NCBI RefSeq assembly: GCF_036676035.1
Contig: NZ_JAKFDR010000057.1
Span: 1,572 to 65,571 of the forward strand
Direction: 5' to 3'
From: Polaromonas sp.
GTDB lineage: Bacteria; Pseudomonadota; Gammaproteobacteria; Burkholderiales; Burkholderiaceae_C
DNA length: 64,000 bases
The position numbers and the translations under genes are program-made. Below, in pieces: positions 38,659-47,206 of this stretch (its first letter is position 1; every line of letters begins with the position of its first letter). The notes beneath the pieces were generated by a model, which was given only the letters and a program-made list of their open reading frames with translations, made no database searches and was not told where the DNA came from.

Positions 38659-39513
38659 CTACAAAACTTGAAACGTACGCGGATCGGTCTTGAGCAGGCG
38701 CTCCACCAGCGAGCGCAGGCTGGCCTTGAGCGGTTCGAACCCGGCCGTCATGGCGAAGGTCTGCTCATTCATGTACAGCTTGCGGTTGATCTCGAGCTGG
38801 ATACTGTGGCGCTGTTGCGCCGGATCGCCATAACGCCTGACCAGCTCCACCCCTTTGTACGGGTGGTTGTAGGCCACGCTGTAGCCCAAACCGCTCAGAT
38901 GCTCGCACATCAGACGCGACAGTGCGGTGCTGGCGGTGGTGCCTTCGCGGTCACCCACCACAAAGTCGGCATGCTCTTCGCCCGGAAACTCGGTGGCGTT
39001 ACTCGACGCCACGGCCGGCATGGAGTGGCAGTTGATATGCAGGCTGTAGCCGTGCTGGCGGTGCGCCGCTTCAATGGCCTGCGCTACCGCCGCGTGGTAG
39101 GGCTGCCAGCATTGCGCAATGCGCGCCTGCACCTCGGCCACGGTCAGTTTGCGCTGGTAAATCTCCACGCCGTCGTCGGTGGTGCGCCAGATCAGGCCCT
39201 TGCCCAGGCGTACCTTGGACAGCACCTTGGGATCGGTGGCCACCGGCTCTGGCCACGGCGTATCGAACAGCGTGACATCAATCTCTGTGGTGTCGCGGTT
39301 GGCGTCCAGGTAGCTGCGCGGAAAGTGCGCCTCGATCCAGTGCACCCCCAGGGCCGGGGCAAAGTCGTAAAGCTTTTCGACATGCGTGTCTTCGGCGCTG
39401 CGCAGCGTGCTCAGGTCGCAGGCGTAGGCAAAGTCGGCGGGGTAAGTGGTTCCGCTGTGCGGAGAGTCGAGCACCAGGGGGGTGCGCCCGGGCAGATGGG
39501 TAATGAGCTGCAT
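38659..39513 (-). CDS. N-formylglutamate amidohydrolase family
   Basis: DSPHSG, EDTHV, RSYLDANR, NCHSMP, NHPYKG, QLEINRKLY. Confidence 0.88.
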   Translation of the reverse strand: MQLITHLPGRTPLVLDSPHSGTTYPADFAYACDLSTLRSAEDTHVEKLYDFAPALGVHWIEAHFPRSYLDANRDTTEIDVTLFDTPWPEPVATDPKVLSKVRLGKGLIWRTTDDGVEIYQRKLTVAEVQARIAQCWQPYHAAVAQAIEAAHRQHGYSLHINCHSMPAVASSNATEFPGEEHADFVVGDREGTTASTALSRLMCEHLSGLGYSVAYNHPYKGVELVRRYGDPAQQRHSIQLEINRKLYMNEQTFAMTAGFEPLKASLRSLVERLLKTDPRTFQVL

Positions 39514-39719
39514 GACTGGACTTTAGCAGTTGGCCGGGGGCCACCCGTCGATTGAATGTGAACGGTGGTCAACGAGTTTTTGGCAAATTTACATTTGTTC
39601 TCTACACACTCCGCGTCTGCGCTGCTACCATGGTCTTTCAGAGTGCTCTAAATTAAACGTTGTTTTTGAAGAAAAAAAGAGCCATTCAATGGCGTTCTTC
39701 AAACACTCAAGGAGCTGCC

Positions 39720-40346
39720 GTGAACGCATTCAACCGTGCTTTTTCCGGTGTTTTTCTGGCTGTGGCGGTTCTGGCCACCGGTGTGGTCCAGGCCCAAAGC
39801 AGCTCATCCTCCACATCCAGCTCGGCAAGCGGCAGTGGCAGCCCGTCCTGGTATGCCCATAGCGGGGGCTACATCGGCTTCAATGCCGGCCGCTCCCGGT
39901 ATTCCCTGAGCCCTGGCGCCGGTGGGTTCCCCGCCGAAAGCCAGGACAACATTTACAGCATTTACGGCGGCGGCTACTTCAGCGACAACTTCGGCCTGGA
40001 ACTGGGTTACACCGACTTTGGCCGGATCCATCGGGCCGGCGGCACCACCAAGGCGCATGGCCTGAACCTGAGCCTGGTCGGCAGGCTGCCGCTGGCGGAG
40101 TCCTTCCAGCTGACAGGCCGCCTGGGCTCGACCTACGGCCGCACCGAAGTCACGGCCAGTTCCACGTCGGGCTTTAGCAACGGCACGAAAAGCGGCTTTG
40201 GCCTGTCTTATGGCCTGGGGGTCAGCTACGACTTCAGCACCAACTGGTCCGCCGTGCTGCAGTGGGACCGCTACAAGCTTGACTTTGCCAACACCGGGCG
40301 CGATCCCGTCACGTCCACAACCGTGGGTCTGAAATACCGCTTCTGA
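39720..40346 (+). CDS. outer-membrane beta-barrel (OmpA-like transmembrane domain)
   Basis: Signal peptide, Ser-rich linker, alternating strands, C-terminal KYRF. Confidence 0.82.
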   Translation: MNAFNRAFSGVFLAVAVLATGVVQAQSSSSSTSSSASGSGSPSWYAHSGGYIGFNAGRSRYSLSPGAGGFPAESQDNIYSIYGGGYFSDNFGLELGYTDFGRIHRAGGTTKAHGLNLSLVGRLPLAESFQLTGRLGSTYGRTEVTASSTSGFSNGTKSGFGLSYGLGVSYDFSTNWSAVLQWDRYKLDFANTGRDPVTSTTVGLKYRF

Positions 40347-40387
40347 ACCGTCAAGCCACTGAACGGTCTTTCAGGAAACCCAAAGCC

Positions 40388-40425
40388 AAAAAGCCCGTCA
40401 TGCCTGCTGGTGTGACGGGCTTTTT
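40388..40425 (+). terminator. intrinsic (possibly bidirectional) terminator
   Basis: AAAAAGCCCGTCA...TGACGGGCTTTTT. Confidence 0.8.
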
Positions 40426-40455
40426 GGTGATTTTTGTGGGGTCGACACCCAAATC

Positions 40456-40509
40456 CGCTACCAAATCAATAGCTGTTGGTGCCTATTCAGCAAGGGCTAC
40501 AGGTCAAAA
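40456..40509 (-). repeat. 54-bp repeat (intergenic)
   Basis: cgctaccaaatcaatagctgttggtgcc...gggctacaggtcaaaa. Confidence 0.75.
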
Positions 40510-40520
40510 TGGCTGAAACC

Positions 40521-41405
40521 TCAAGGCCCAGGCCGGTGCGGCGCCAGCATTTCTTCGAGCAGCCAGGTGCCGGCCTGCCCCAGCGGCCGCTGGCGCGACC
40601 ATACGGCATCGACCGGCACGCGGCGGGGCCAGCCCCGGGCATCGAGCTCGTGCAGGGTGTCCACGGCAAAGCGTGTGACCATCCAGCGCGGTATGGCGGC
40701 CCAGCCGAAGCCGAGCACCGCCATTTCCAGCAGCATCAGGTAGCTGGGCGCTGACCAGGCGCGGCGCGATGCAGGGGCGCCAGCCTCCCCGACCCCTTCA
40801 AGGTAGGTTCCCAGCCGCAGCGCCCGAAAGTCCGCCAGCACCTCGGGCGTGATGTCGCACATGCCCGCCAGGGGATGGGTTTTGGCGACAAACAGCGTGA
40901 TCTCGGACTGCTCGGCAATCGTGGCCGAGCCAATGTCGGGCGGGTACGCGCTTTGCGCGGCCACCACGCCAATCTGCGCGCGGCCGCTTTGCACCAGCGA
41001 CACCAGATCGCCGTGTTCGGCAATCAGGCATTCGAACTGCAGGTCGGGAAAGCGCTGCTCAAAGGCCTTGAGCATGTCTTCAAAGTGGTCGGACTGGTAG
41101 GTGTCTGACCAGACCACGCTTAGCCTGGCCTCCAGGCCGCTACCGAGCTGGCTGGCCGAGCGGTCCAGCCGGTCGCTGGCGGCCAGGATTTCCTGCACCT
41201 TGCCCAGCATCACGCGCCCATGCCCGGTCAGCGTGGGCTTGCGGCTGCTGCGGTCAAACAGGCTCAGCCCCAGGTCAAGCTCCAGATTGGCAATCGCCGT
41301 GCTGACGCTGGACTGGCTTTTGCCCAGCTTGCGGGCCGCCGCCGAGAACGAGCCCAGCGTGGCGGCTTCCGCAAAGGCGAGCAGGGATTCCGGGGAGTGG
41401 CGCAC
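40521..41405 (-). CDS. LysR regulator (AceR-like, divergent from the PACE gene)
   Basis: GSFSAAARKLGKSQSSVSTAIANLE. Confidence 0.9.
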   Translation of the reverse strand: MRHSPESLLAFAEAATLGSFSAAARKLGKSQSSVSTAIANLELDLGLSLFDRSSRKPTLTGHGRVMLGKVQEILAASDRLDRSASQLGSGLEARLSVVWSDTYQSDHFEDMLKAFEQRFPDLQFECLIAEHGDLVSLVQSGRAQIGVVAAQSAYPPDIGSATIAEQSEITLFVAKTHPLAGMCDITPEVLADFRALRLGTYLEGVGEAGAPASRRAWSAPSYLMLLEMAVLGFGWAAIPRWMVTRFAVDTLHELDARGWPRRVPVDAVWSRQRPLGQAGTWLLEEMLAPHRPGP

Positions 41406-41529
41406 GATATATCTATTTTTTAGATGATTACTGGTTTTTAAGTATCCACAATAACGATGAAAATTACAACCATGGCGCTTTTATCGGACCCATCCGGGCC
41501 CCAGCTGTATTTCAACGAGTAGTCCATTC

Positions 41530-41973
41530 ATGAGCCTTCAAAAATCCGTCAAGGAACGTTTCTTCCACGCCCTCGTGTTCGAGGTGCTGGCCATTGCCTT
41601 GTGCGCCCCGCTGGGCGCCTGGCTGCTGGGTTATCCGCTGGTGCACATGGGCTTGCTGACCTTGATGATTTCACTGATTGCCATGAGCTGGAACATGGCC
41701 TTCAACGCCCTGTTTGACCGGGCGCAACAGCGCTGGGGCTTCAAGCGCAACCTGAAAGTCCGGGCGGTTCATTCGCTGCTGTTTGAACTGGGCCTGATCA
41801 TGGCCGTGGTGCCGCTGGCCGCCTGGTGGCTGGGCATTGGCCTGTGGGAAGCCTTTGTGCTGGACATCGGCATCGCGCTGTTTTTTCTGCCCTATACCTT
41901 CGTCTTCAATTGGACCTACGACCACTTGCGCGCGGTGGTGATCGCCCGCAAAAACCGCTTGTCTGCAGCCTGA
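41530..41973 (+). CDS. PACE family efflux transporter (AceI-like)
   Basis: ERFFHALVFEV, WNMAFNALFD, RAVHSLLFE, PYTFVFNWTYD; duplicated BTP-like halves. Confidence 0.9.
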   Translation: MSLQKSVKERFFHALVFEVLAIALCAPLGAWLLGYPLVHMGLLTLMISLIAMSWNMAFNALFDRAQQRWGFKRNLKVRAVHSLLFELGLIMAVVPLAAWWLGIGLWEAFVLDIGIALFFLPYTFVFNWTYDHLRAVVIARKNRLSAA

Positions 41974-42057
41974 AGGCGGCCTGAAAACCCGTCCCGGGGC
42001 GGCGGTGCATGGCCCTTGATCAGCGCCGCGTGCCCCTTTGGCCCTTCTGTCTTCACG

Positions 42058-42768
42058 TCACTTCATCTGCACCGAACCGCTGACATTGACCAGCACCGTG
42101 CTTTTGCCCGCTTCCACGGAAATCGGAGCGTCCGACATCTCGGCCTTGGCCTGCATGGCCATCATGCGGGGACGGGGCGTATGGCCCTGGTCATTGGCGT
42201 TGACGGCCACTTCGCGCAGCGTGTAGCTGCCAAAGCCGAAGTTTTTGGCGATCTCCGACGCCTTGGCCTTGAAGCGCTCGATGGCCTGGGCTTGCGCCTC
42301 GCCTTCGACCTTGGCGCGCTGCTCGCGGCTCAGGGCAAAACCCACATGGCCCAGCGTCAGGGTCTGAATCTTGCCGGCCGTGCTGGTGATGCGTGCAAAA
42401 TCCTTGCCTTCGAGCACCAGCTCGGTCGAGCCCTGCCAGCCGTTGATCTTGCCGTCTTTGCCATAGCGCGGGTAAAGGCTGAAGTTGCCGGTCCGCACGT
42501 CCAGCTGGCCGGGCAGCGCGGCTTTTTTGGCCTCTGCCAGCGCCGTGTCCAGCGCCTGCTTGAGCTGGGTCTGCACTGTGTTGGCATCGCTGCCGTCACG
42601 CGTGGTGTTCATGGTGATTGACAGCAGGTCCTGCTGCACTTCCACCGAGCCGCTGGCCGACAGCTGGGCCACGTTTTGCAGCGGTTCGCGCTGCATGGTC
42701 TGGGCAAAAACCCCGGTTGCCCCCGCAAACACTGCGCAGGCAGCTATTATTTTTGTAGTATTTTTCAA
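42058..42768 (-). CDS. SIMPL domain (DUF541) periplasmic protein
   Basis: TTG start with GAAAGG SD; signal peptide; VRTGNFSLYPRY, VNVSGSVQM. Confidence 0.85.
   Translation of the reverse strand: MKNTTKIIAACAVFAGATGVFAQTMQREPLQNVAQLSASGSVEVQQDLLSITMNTTRDGSDANTVQTQLKQALDTALAEAKKAALPGQLDVRTGNFSLYPRYGKDGKINGWQGSTELVLEGKDFARITSTAGKIQTLTLGHVGFALSREQRAKVEGEAQAQAIERFKAKASEIAKNFGFGSYTLREVAVNANDQGHTPRPRMMAMQAKAEMSDAPISVEAGKSTVLVNVSGSVQMK
42707..42760 (+). repeat. 54-bp repeat forming the SIMPL signal peptide
   Basis: aaaaccccggttgcccccgcaaacactgcgcaggcagctattatttttgtagta; read antisense as TTKIIAACAVFAGATGV. Confidence 0.75.
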
Positions 42769-42778
42769 GTTTGACCTT

Positions 42779-43975
42779 TCAGGTTTTAAGAAATTTGAGG
42801 GGTTCGAAGCGCCCGCGCACCACGGCGTCAGGGTTCACACCCCACCAGTCTTTTGCCACCGTGGCGTAGATCTGGCGGAAATCGGTGCTGTAGCCGGCGT
42901 TTTGCGTGCTGTCCAGTCGCGTCAGGTCGGGCGCCTGGCCATACAGCCCGCCGCGCACCGCACCGCCGGCCACAAAATGAGGCGCCACCGTCCCATGGTC
43001 CGTGCCGTTGGAGTTGTTCTGGCGTGCGCGGCGGCCAAACTCTGAGAAGGTCATGACCAGGGTGCGGTCCCAGGCGCCCAGCTCGGTCAGCGCGCTTTTC
43101 AAGGCGGCCAGGCCTTCCGCCAGTTGCCTGAGCAGGTTGGCGTGGGTGCCCGGCTGGTTCTGGTGCGTGTCAAAGCTGCCCAGCGTGAGCGTGATCACCG
43201 GCACGCCGCCCTTGCCCTTCTGGGACGCCACCACCTGCGCGGCGGCCTTGACGCCGTTGCCAAAAGCGCCCGCCGGGAACTCGGTGCTGAAGTTGTAGGG
43301 CTCACCGCGCAAGCCCTGGGCCGCCTGGCTGATGTCGCTTTCCACCCGCAGCAAATGCTGCAGCGCCGGGTTGCGCACCGCCACGGCGCTGCTCATGTCC
43401 TGCGCAAAGCGCGACTGGTTCACAAAGGCCTCGGGGTTGTTCAGGGCCACGGCACGGGCGCCCAGCAGCGGGCCAAAGTCATTGCCGCCAATCAGAACGC
43501 CTTCGGCGGTGAAGCCCGCCCGGGCGGCGTAACCGGCCCTCATGCCGCGCGTGGCCCAGCCCTCTTCCAGGTACTCGTCGGACCTGGACGCAGTTTCCCA
43601 GATCTCGATCGAACGAAAGTGCGACAGATTGGGCTGCGGGTAGCCCACGCCCTGCACAATCGCCAGCTCGCTTTTTTCCCAGAGCGGCAGCAGCGCCTTG
43701 AGCTCCGGGTGCAAGCCGGCCTGCGAATCAATTCTGATCACCTCGTCACGCTTGATGCCAATCGTGTTGCGCAGTTGGTAGTAGCTGGGGTCGGTATAGG
43801 GCACCACGGTGTTCAAGCCGTCGTTGCCGCCTTTGAGCTCGACCAGCACCAGGATGCGGTCGGCCGCCGCAGCGGCACGCTGGCCGGCGGCTTGCGCCCA
43901 GCCCGGGGCGTGGGCTGACAGCAGGGCAGCGCCCGTGGTGCTTGCAAACAGGTGGATGAAATCGCGTCGTTGCAT
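42779..43975 (-). CDS. DUF1501 protein with Tat signal
   Basis: MQRRDFI, ELKGGNDGLNTVVP, SHFRS, FDTH, SEFGRR, GTDHG. Confidence 0.9.
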   Translation of the reverse strand: MQRRDFIHLFASTTGAALLSAHAPGWAQAAGQRAAAAADRILVLVELKGGNDGLNTVVPYTDPSYYQLRNTIGIKRDEVIRIDSQAGLHPELKALLPLWEKSELAIVQGVGYPQPNLSHFRSIEIWETASRSDEYLEEGWATRGMRAGYAARAGFTAEGVLIGGNDFGPLLGARAVALNNPEAFVNQSRFAQDMSSAVAVRNPALQHLLRVESDISQAAQGLRGEPYNFSTEFPAGAFGNGVKAAAQVVASQKGKGGVPVITLTLGSFDTHQNQPGTHANLLRQLAEGLAALKSALTELGAWDRTLVMTFSEFGRRARQNNSNGTDHGTVAPHFVAGGAVRGGLYGQAPDLTRLDSTQNAGYSTDFRQIYATVAKDWWGVNPDAVVRGRFEPLKFLKT

Positions 43976-44001
43976 GATGGTTGACCTATCTGCTTATTGG
44001 C

Positions 44002-45642
44002 TTATTTGAGCTGGTAGGCCGGATCAAGCGTGAGGGTGCGCAGATACGCCACTCCCACCGTGCCGACGGCTATGGTTTGCGTGGGTGGCACCGCCAGCAA
44101 GGTCTGGGTCAAACGGCTTTTGAGCTCGTCCGAAGGCTCCCGGTCGGTGTAGCCGCCGTACTGCGCCAGCCAGCGGTCCGGATCAAAGGTGATGCGGGCC
44201 ATGCCCTCGGCCACGCGCATGATGCCGTCACGGCCCAGCAGGCGCAGCGCCTGCCGGTTGCTGCCGCGCCCTGCCCCGTCGGCCTTGCCGGCGCCCAGCT
44301 CGGCCTGCAGCTGCTGGATTGGCTGTGCGGGCCGCATGGCATCCGGGGCGGGCGCTTCAATCCTGCGTCCGCCCGGGCCCATGGCCAGTGGCGCCATCTT
44401 CGACTCGTTCTTGAGTTCCACCGCCCTAAACAGCTGCTCGGTAAAGCGCTTGCGCTCCAGCAAGGTGGTGGCGTTGATCCAGTCGTTCTGGCCCGGCCAG
44501 CCTTTCACATTGGGCGGCACCAGCAGGTTCTGGCCCAGTTGCGCCGCCTTGAGCGCAAAGGGCATCACATCGGTGTAGCTGAAGTCGAACTGCCGCACCG
44601 TGCCCACCACCAGGTCCACCGGCGATTTGATCAGGCTGCCGCGGTTGCTCTCGGCCCAGAACGCATCGCCAAGCAGCAGTTCGCGCACGGCGGTGCTGAT
44701 GTCGTAGCCGCTTTGGCGGAAACGCTGCGCGATGCGCTCGACCTGCGCCGCATCGGGCACGGGCGAGACCAGCTCCTTCCAGAGCTTGCTGACGATGAAG
44801 CGGGCGGCCGCCGGCTGATCGAGCATCAGGTCCAGCACGGCATCGCCGTCAAAGTTGCCGCTGCGCCCCAGCACGGTTTTGCTGCCCGTGTCATGAAAGG
44901 CCGGCCGGAACCTGAAACTGAAATCTTCGCGCTCCACACTCCAGCCGGTAAAGGCCCGGGCCGACTCGCGGATGTCCTGCTCGGTGTAGCCGCCGCCCTG
45001 GCTGGCTTCGCCCAGGGTGAACAGCTCCATCACCTCGCGGGCGAAGTTTTCATTGGGGGCTTCCTTGCGGCTGTTGGCGCCGTCCAGGTACACCAGCATG
45101 GCCGGGTCTTTGGCCACCGCGTGCAGCAAGACGCGAAAGTTGCCCAGTGCGTTGGCGCGCAGCAGCTGGTGCTGGCGCCACATGGCCTGCGAGCTGATCA
45201 CCTTTTGCTGGGAGGTGGCAAAGTGGTTGTGCCAGAACAGCGTCATGCGCTCGGCCAGCGGCGTGGGCGTCTCTATCATCTCGCGCACCCACCAGGTCTT
45301 GAGCTCCAGCCCCTCGCGCTGCTGCTGCTGGCGCATGGCCTGCTGCTCGTCCTTGCTTTTGAGCAGCCTGTAGGGAATGGGTGGCGGCTGCAAGGCAAAG
45401 GCCGGCACCGAGTACAGCGGCTTCGCCGCCTGCGCTTTGCGGATCAGCTCAGACACCGCCTGCCGCGTGTCCTGGCCGGTCAGCGCGTCGACCTCGGCCT
45501 GATCCGGTGCAAAACCGGTGCGCACCAGCAAGTGCCGCGCCTGCAGCGCCGACAGCTGGGCCGGCACCCCGCCCACCGCCGCCTGCAGGCCGGTGGCCCC
45601 GGCCAGCAGCACACAACAAGCAATGATTTTGATGGTTTTCAT
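44002..45642 (-). CDS. DUF1800 protein
   Basis: ERMTLFWHNHFATS, DPAMLVYLD, PNENFAREVMELFTLG, SARAFTGW, PPNVKGW. Confidence 0.92.
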   Translation of the reverse strand: MKTIKIIACCVLLAGATGLQAAVGGVPAQLSALQARHLLVRTGFAPDQAEVDALTGQDTRQAVSELIRKAQAAKPLYSVPAFALQPPPIPYRLLKSKDEQQAMRQQQQREGLELKTWWVREMIETPTPLAERMTLFWHNHFATSQQKVISSQAMWRQHQLLRANALGNFRVLLHAVAKDPAMLVYLDGANSRKEAPNENFAREVMELFTLGEASQGGGYTEQDIRESARAFTGWSVEREDFSFRFRPAFHDTGSKTVLGRSGNFDGDAVLDLMLDQPAAARFIVSKLWKELVSPVPDAAQVERIAQRFRQSGYDISTAVRELLLGDAFWAESNRGSLIKSPVDLVVGTVRQFDFSYTDVMPFALKAAQLGQNLLVPPNVKGWPGQNDWINATTLLERKRFTEQLFRAVELKNESKMAPLAMGPGGRRIEAPAPDAMRPAQPIQQLQAELGAGKADGAGRGSNRQALRLLGRDGIMRVAEGMARITFDPDRWLAQYGGYTDREPSDELKSRLTQTLLAVPPTQTIAVGTVGVAYLRTLTLDPAYQLK

Positions 45643-45669
45643 GAGCTTGCACCGCCTTTTTGTTCTTAA

Positions 45670-46003
45670 GAGCCTGTTTACGATTTATTTGGGGTCGCGT
45701 TGGGACGCAATCGGGATGAGTTGGCTGCCAACATCGCGCCGCATGGGCTCATGCCCATGCAAGGGATTTGGCTGTCAAATCGCCCGACCGCACAGCCGGT
45801 CGGCTGTGCGTCGTGCGGCTGCCCCAATGGGGATGCAAACGCGTCCGCGTTTGCGTCGCCCCAACCCGAAGGGCAGGTGCCTTTTCGGGCGGTCTGCGGC
45901 GTTGCACTGCTTGCCAATAGCCGGGCTATTGGCGGCGCACTGCGTCTTGCATTCCATCCCGAAAAGACACCTGCGCGACCCCAAATAAATCGTAAACAGG
46001 CTC
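45670..46003. mobile_element. MITE family B (334 bp)
   Basis: 30-bp perfect TIR GAGCCTGTTTACGATTTATTTGGGGTCGCG, flanked by TAA on both sides; interior is a chain of hairpins; no ORF of note. Confidence 0.9.
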
Positions 46004-46159
46004 TAACAACGTCTTGAGCCTAAGCGGGGTTCACATTACCCTCATGTACGGCTTGCATATTGCCGCAACTTTTGTAACAGTGTGTCAAAGTAACTCCAAT
46101 AGCCGGTTTGTCACCTTTTCAGCCCTCAAAATGTGCTTGTTACAAATTACGTGATGACT

Positions 46160-46897
46160 ATGACCCAAGCTACACCTACTGGCCGCGCCGACAAAATCCT
46201 GATTCTTGACGACGATGCCCGCATTCGCGACCTGCTTCGCCGCTACCTTGCCCAAGAGGGTTTCGAAGTCATTCTGGCGGAAGACAGCAAGGCGCTGAAC
46301 CGCATCATGCTGCGCGACGCCGTCGACCTGATCGTGCTGGACCTGATGATGCCCGGGGAAGACGGGCTGTCCATTTGCCGGCGCCTGCGCGCCGCCAACG
46401 ACCGCACCCCCATCATCATGCTCACGGCCAAGGGGGAAGACGTTGACCGCATTGTCGGTCTGGAGGTCGGCGCCGACGACTACCTGGCCAAGCCTTTCAA
46501 TCCGCGCGAGCTGCTGGCCCGCGTCCATGCCGTGCTGCGCCGCCGCCCCACGGTCGAGGTGCCCGGTGCGCCGTCCAGCGACCAGGAATTGATCACCTTC
46601 GGTCCGTTTTCCTTTGACCTGGGCCTGCGCACCCTGCACAAGAACGGCGAAGAGCTCCCGCTGACCACCGGTGAATTTGCCATGCTCAAGACCTTGGTGC
46701 GGCATCCGCGCCAGCCACTGTCGCGCGAAAAACTGGCCCAGCTGGCGCGCGGCCGCGAGTTCGAGCCGTTTGACCGCAGCCTGGATGTGCAGGTGTCGCG
46801 CCTGCGCAAGCTCATCGAGGTGGACGCCGCGGTGCCCCGCTACATCCAGACGGTCTGGGGCATTGGCTATGTCTTTGTGCCGGACGGAACGAATTAA
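46160..46897 (+). CDS. ompR: two-component response regulator OmpR/RisA
   Basis: DDDARIRDLLRRYL, DLMMPGEDG, GADDYLAKPF, DRSLDVQVSRLRK, IQTVWGIGY. Confidence 0.93.
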   Translation: MTQATPTGRADKILILDDDARIRDLLRRYLAQEGFEVILAEDSKALNRIMLRDAVDLIVLDLMMPGEDGLSICRRLRAANDRTPIIMLTAKGEDVDRIVGLEVGADDYLAKPFNPRELLARVHAVLRRRPTVEVPGAPSSDQELITFGPFSFDLGLRTLHKNGEELPLTTGEFAMLKTLVRHPRQPLSREKLAQLARGREFEPFDRSLDVQVSRLRKLIEVDAAVPRYIQTVWGIGYVFVPDGTN

Positions 46898-46986
46898 CGG
46901 CCCTACGCTCCCTGATCCGTTGAGAACCCGGGTTTGCAGCTTTGCGCCATGCACGGCTGGCAGGCCGGGCTGCATGTCGGCTTCCC

Positions 46987-47154
46987 CTAGTGCGGTGTTG
47001 CACGCTATCTGGCACATAAAAAAATGCGTCTTTTCGGCCATGGCGGCGTTGCAAATCCGCGCGATACCTACGGGTATCGCTGTGGTTTGCGCCTTGCCCT
47101 GACCAAAAGTCCATCATTTTTATTTGTGCCATCAAGCATGCAACACCACACTAG
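46987..47154. mobile_element. MITE family A, copy 2 (reverse orientation)
   Basis: CTAGTGCGGTGTTGCACGCT...AGCATGCAACACCACACTAG. Confidence 0.88.
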
Positions 47155-47206
47155 CGATCGCCACGCGTCAAAATCAGTCACCTAACTCCGGTTTACACAC
47201 TTGCGC

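Noticed and set aside
39588-39596. TTTACATTT as an OmpR site upstream of the outer-membrane barrel gene
   Set aside because: A single half site with no clear second repeat; too short to support.
43981-45669. 562-aa plus-strand ORF
   Set aside because: Antisense to DUF1800, which has clear family motifs.
45678-46017. Short ORFs within MITE B as a transposase
   Set aside because: Under 110 aa, no DDE or HUH motif; they reflect hairpin-rich sequence.
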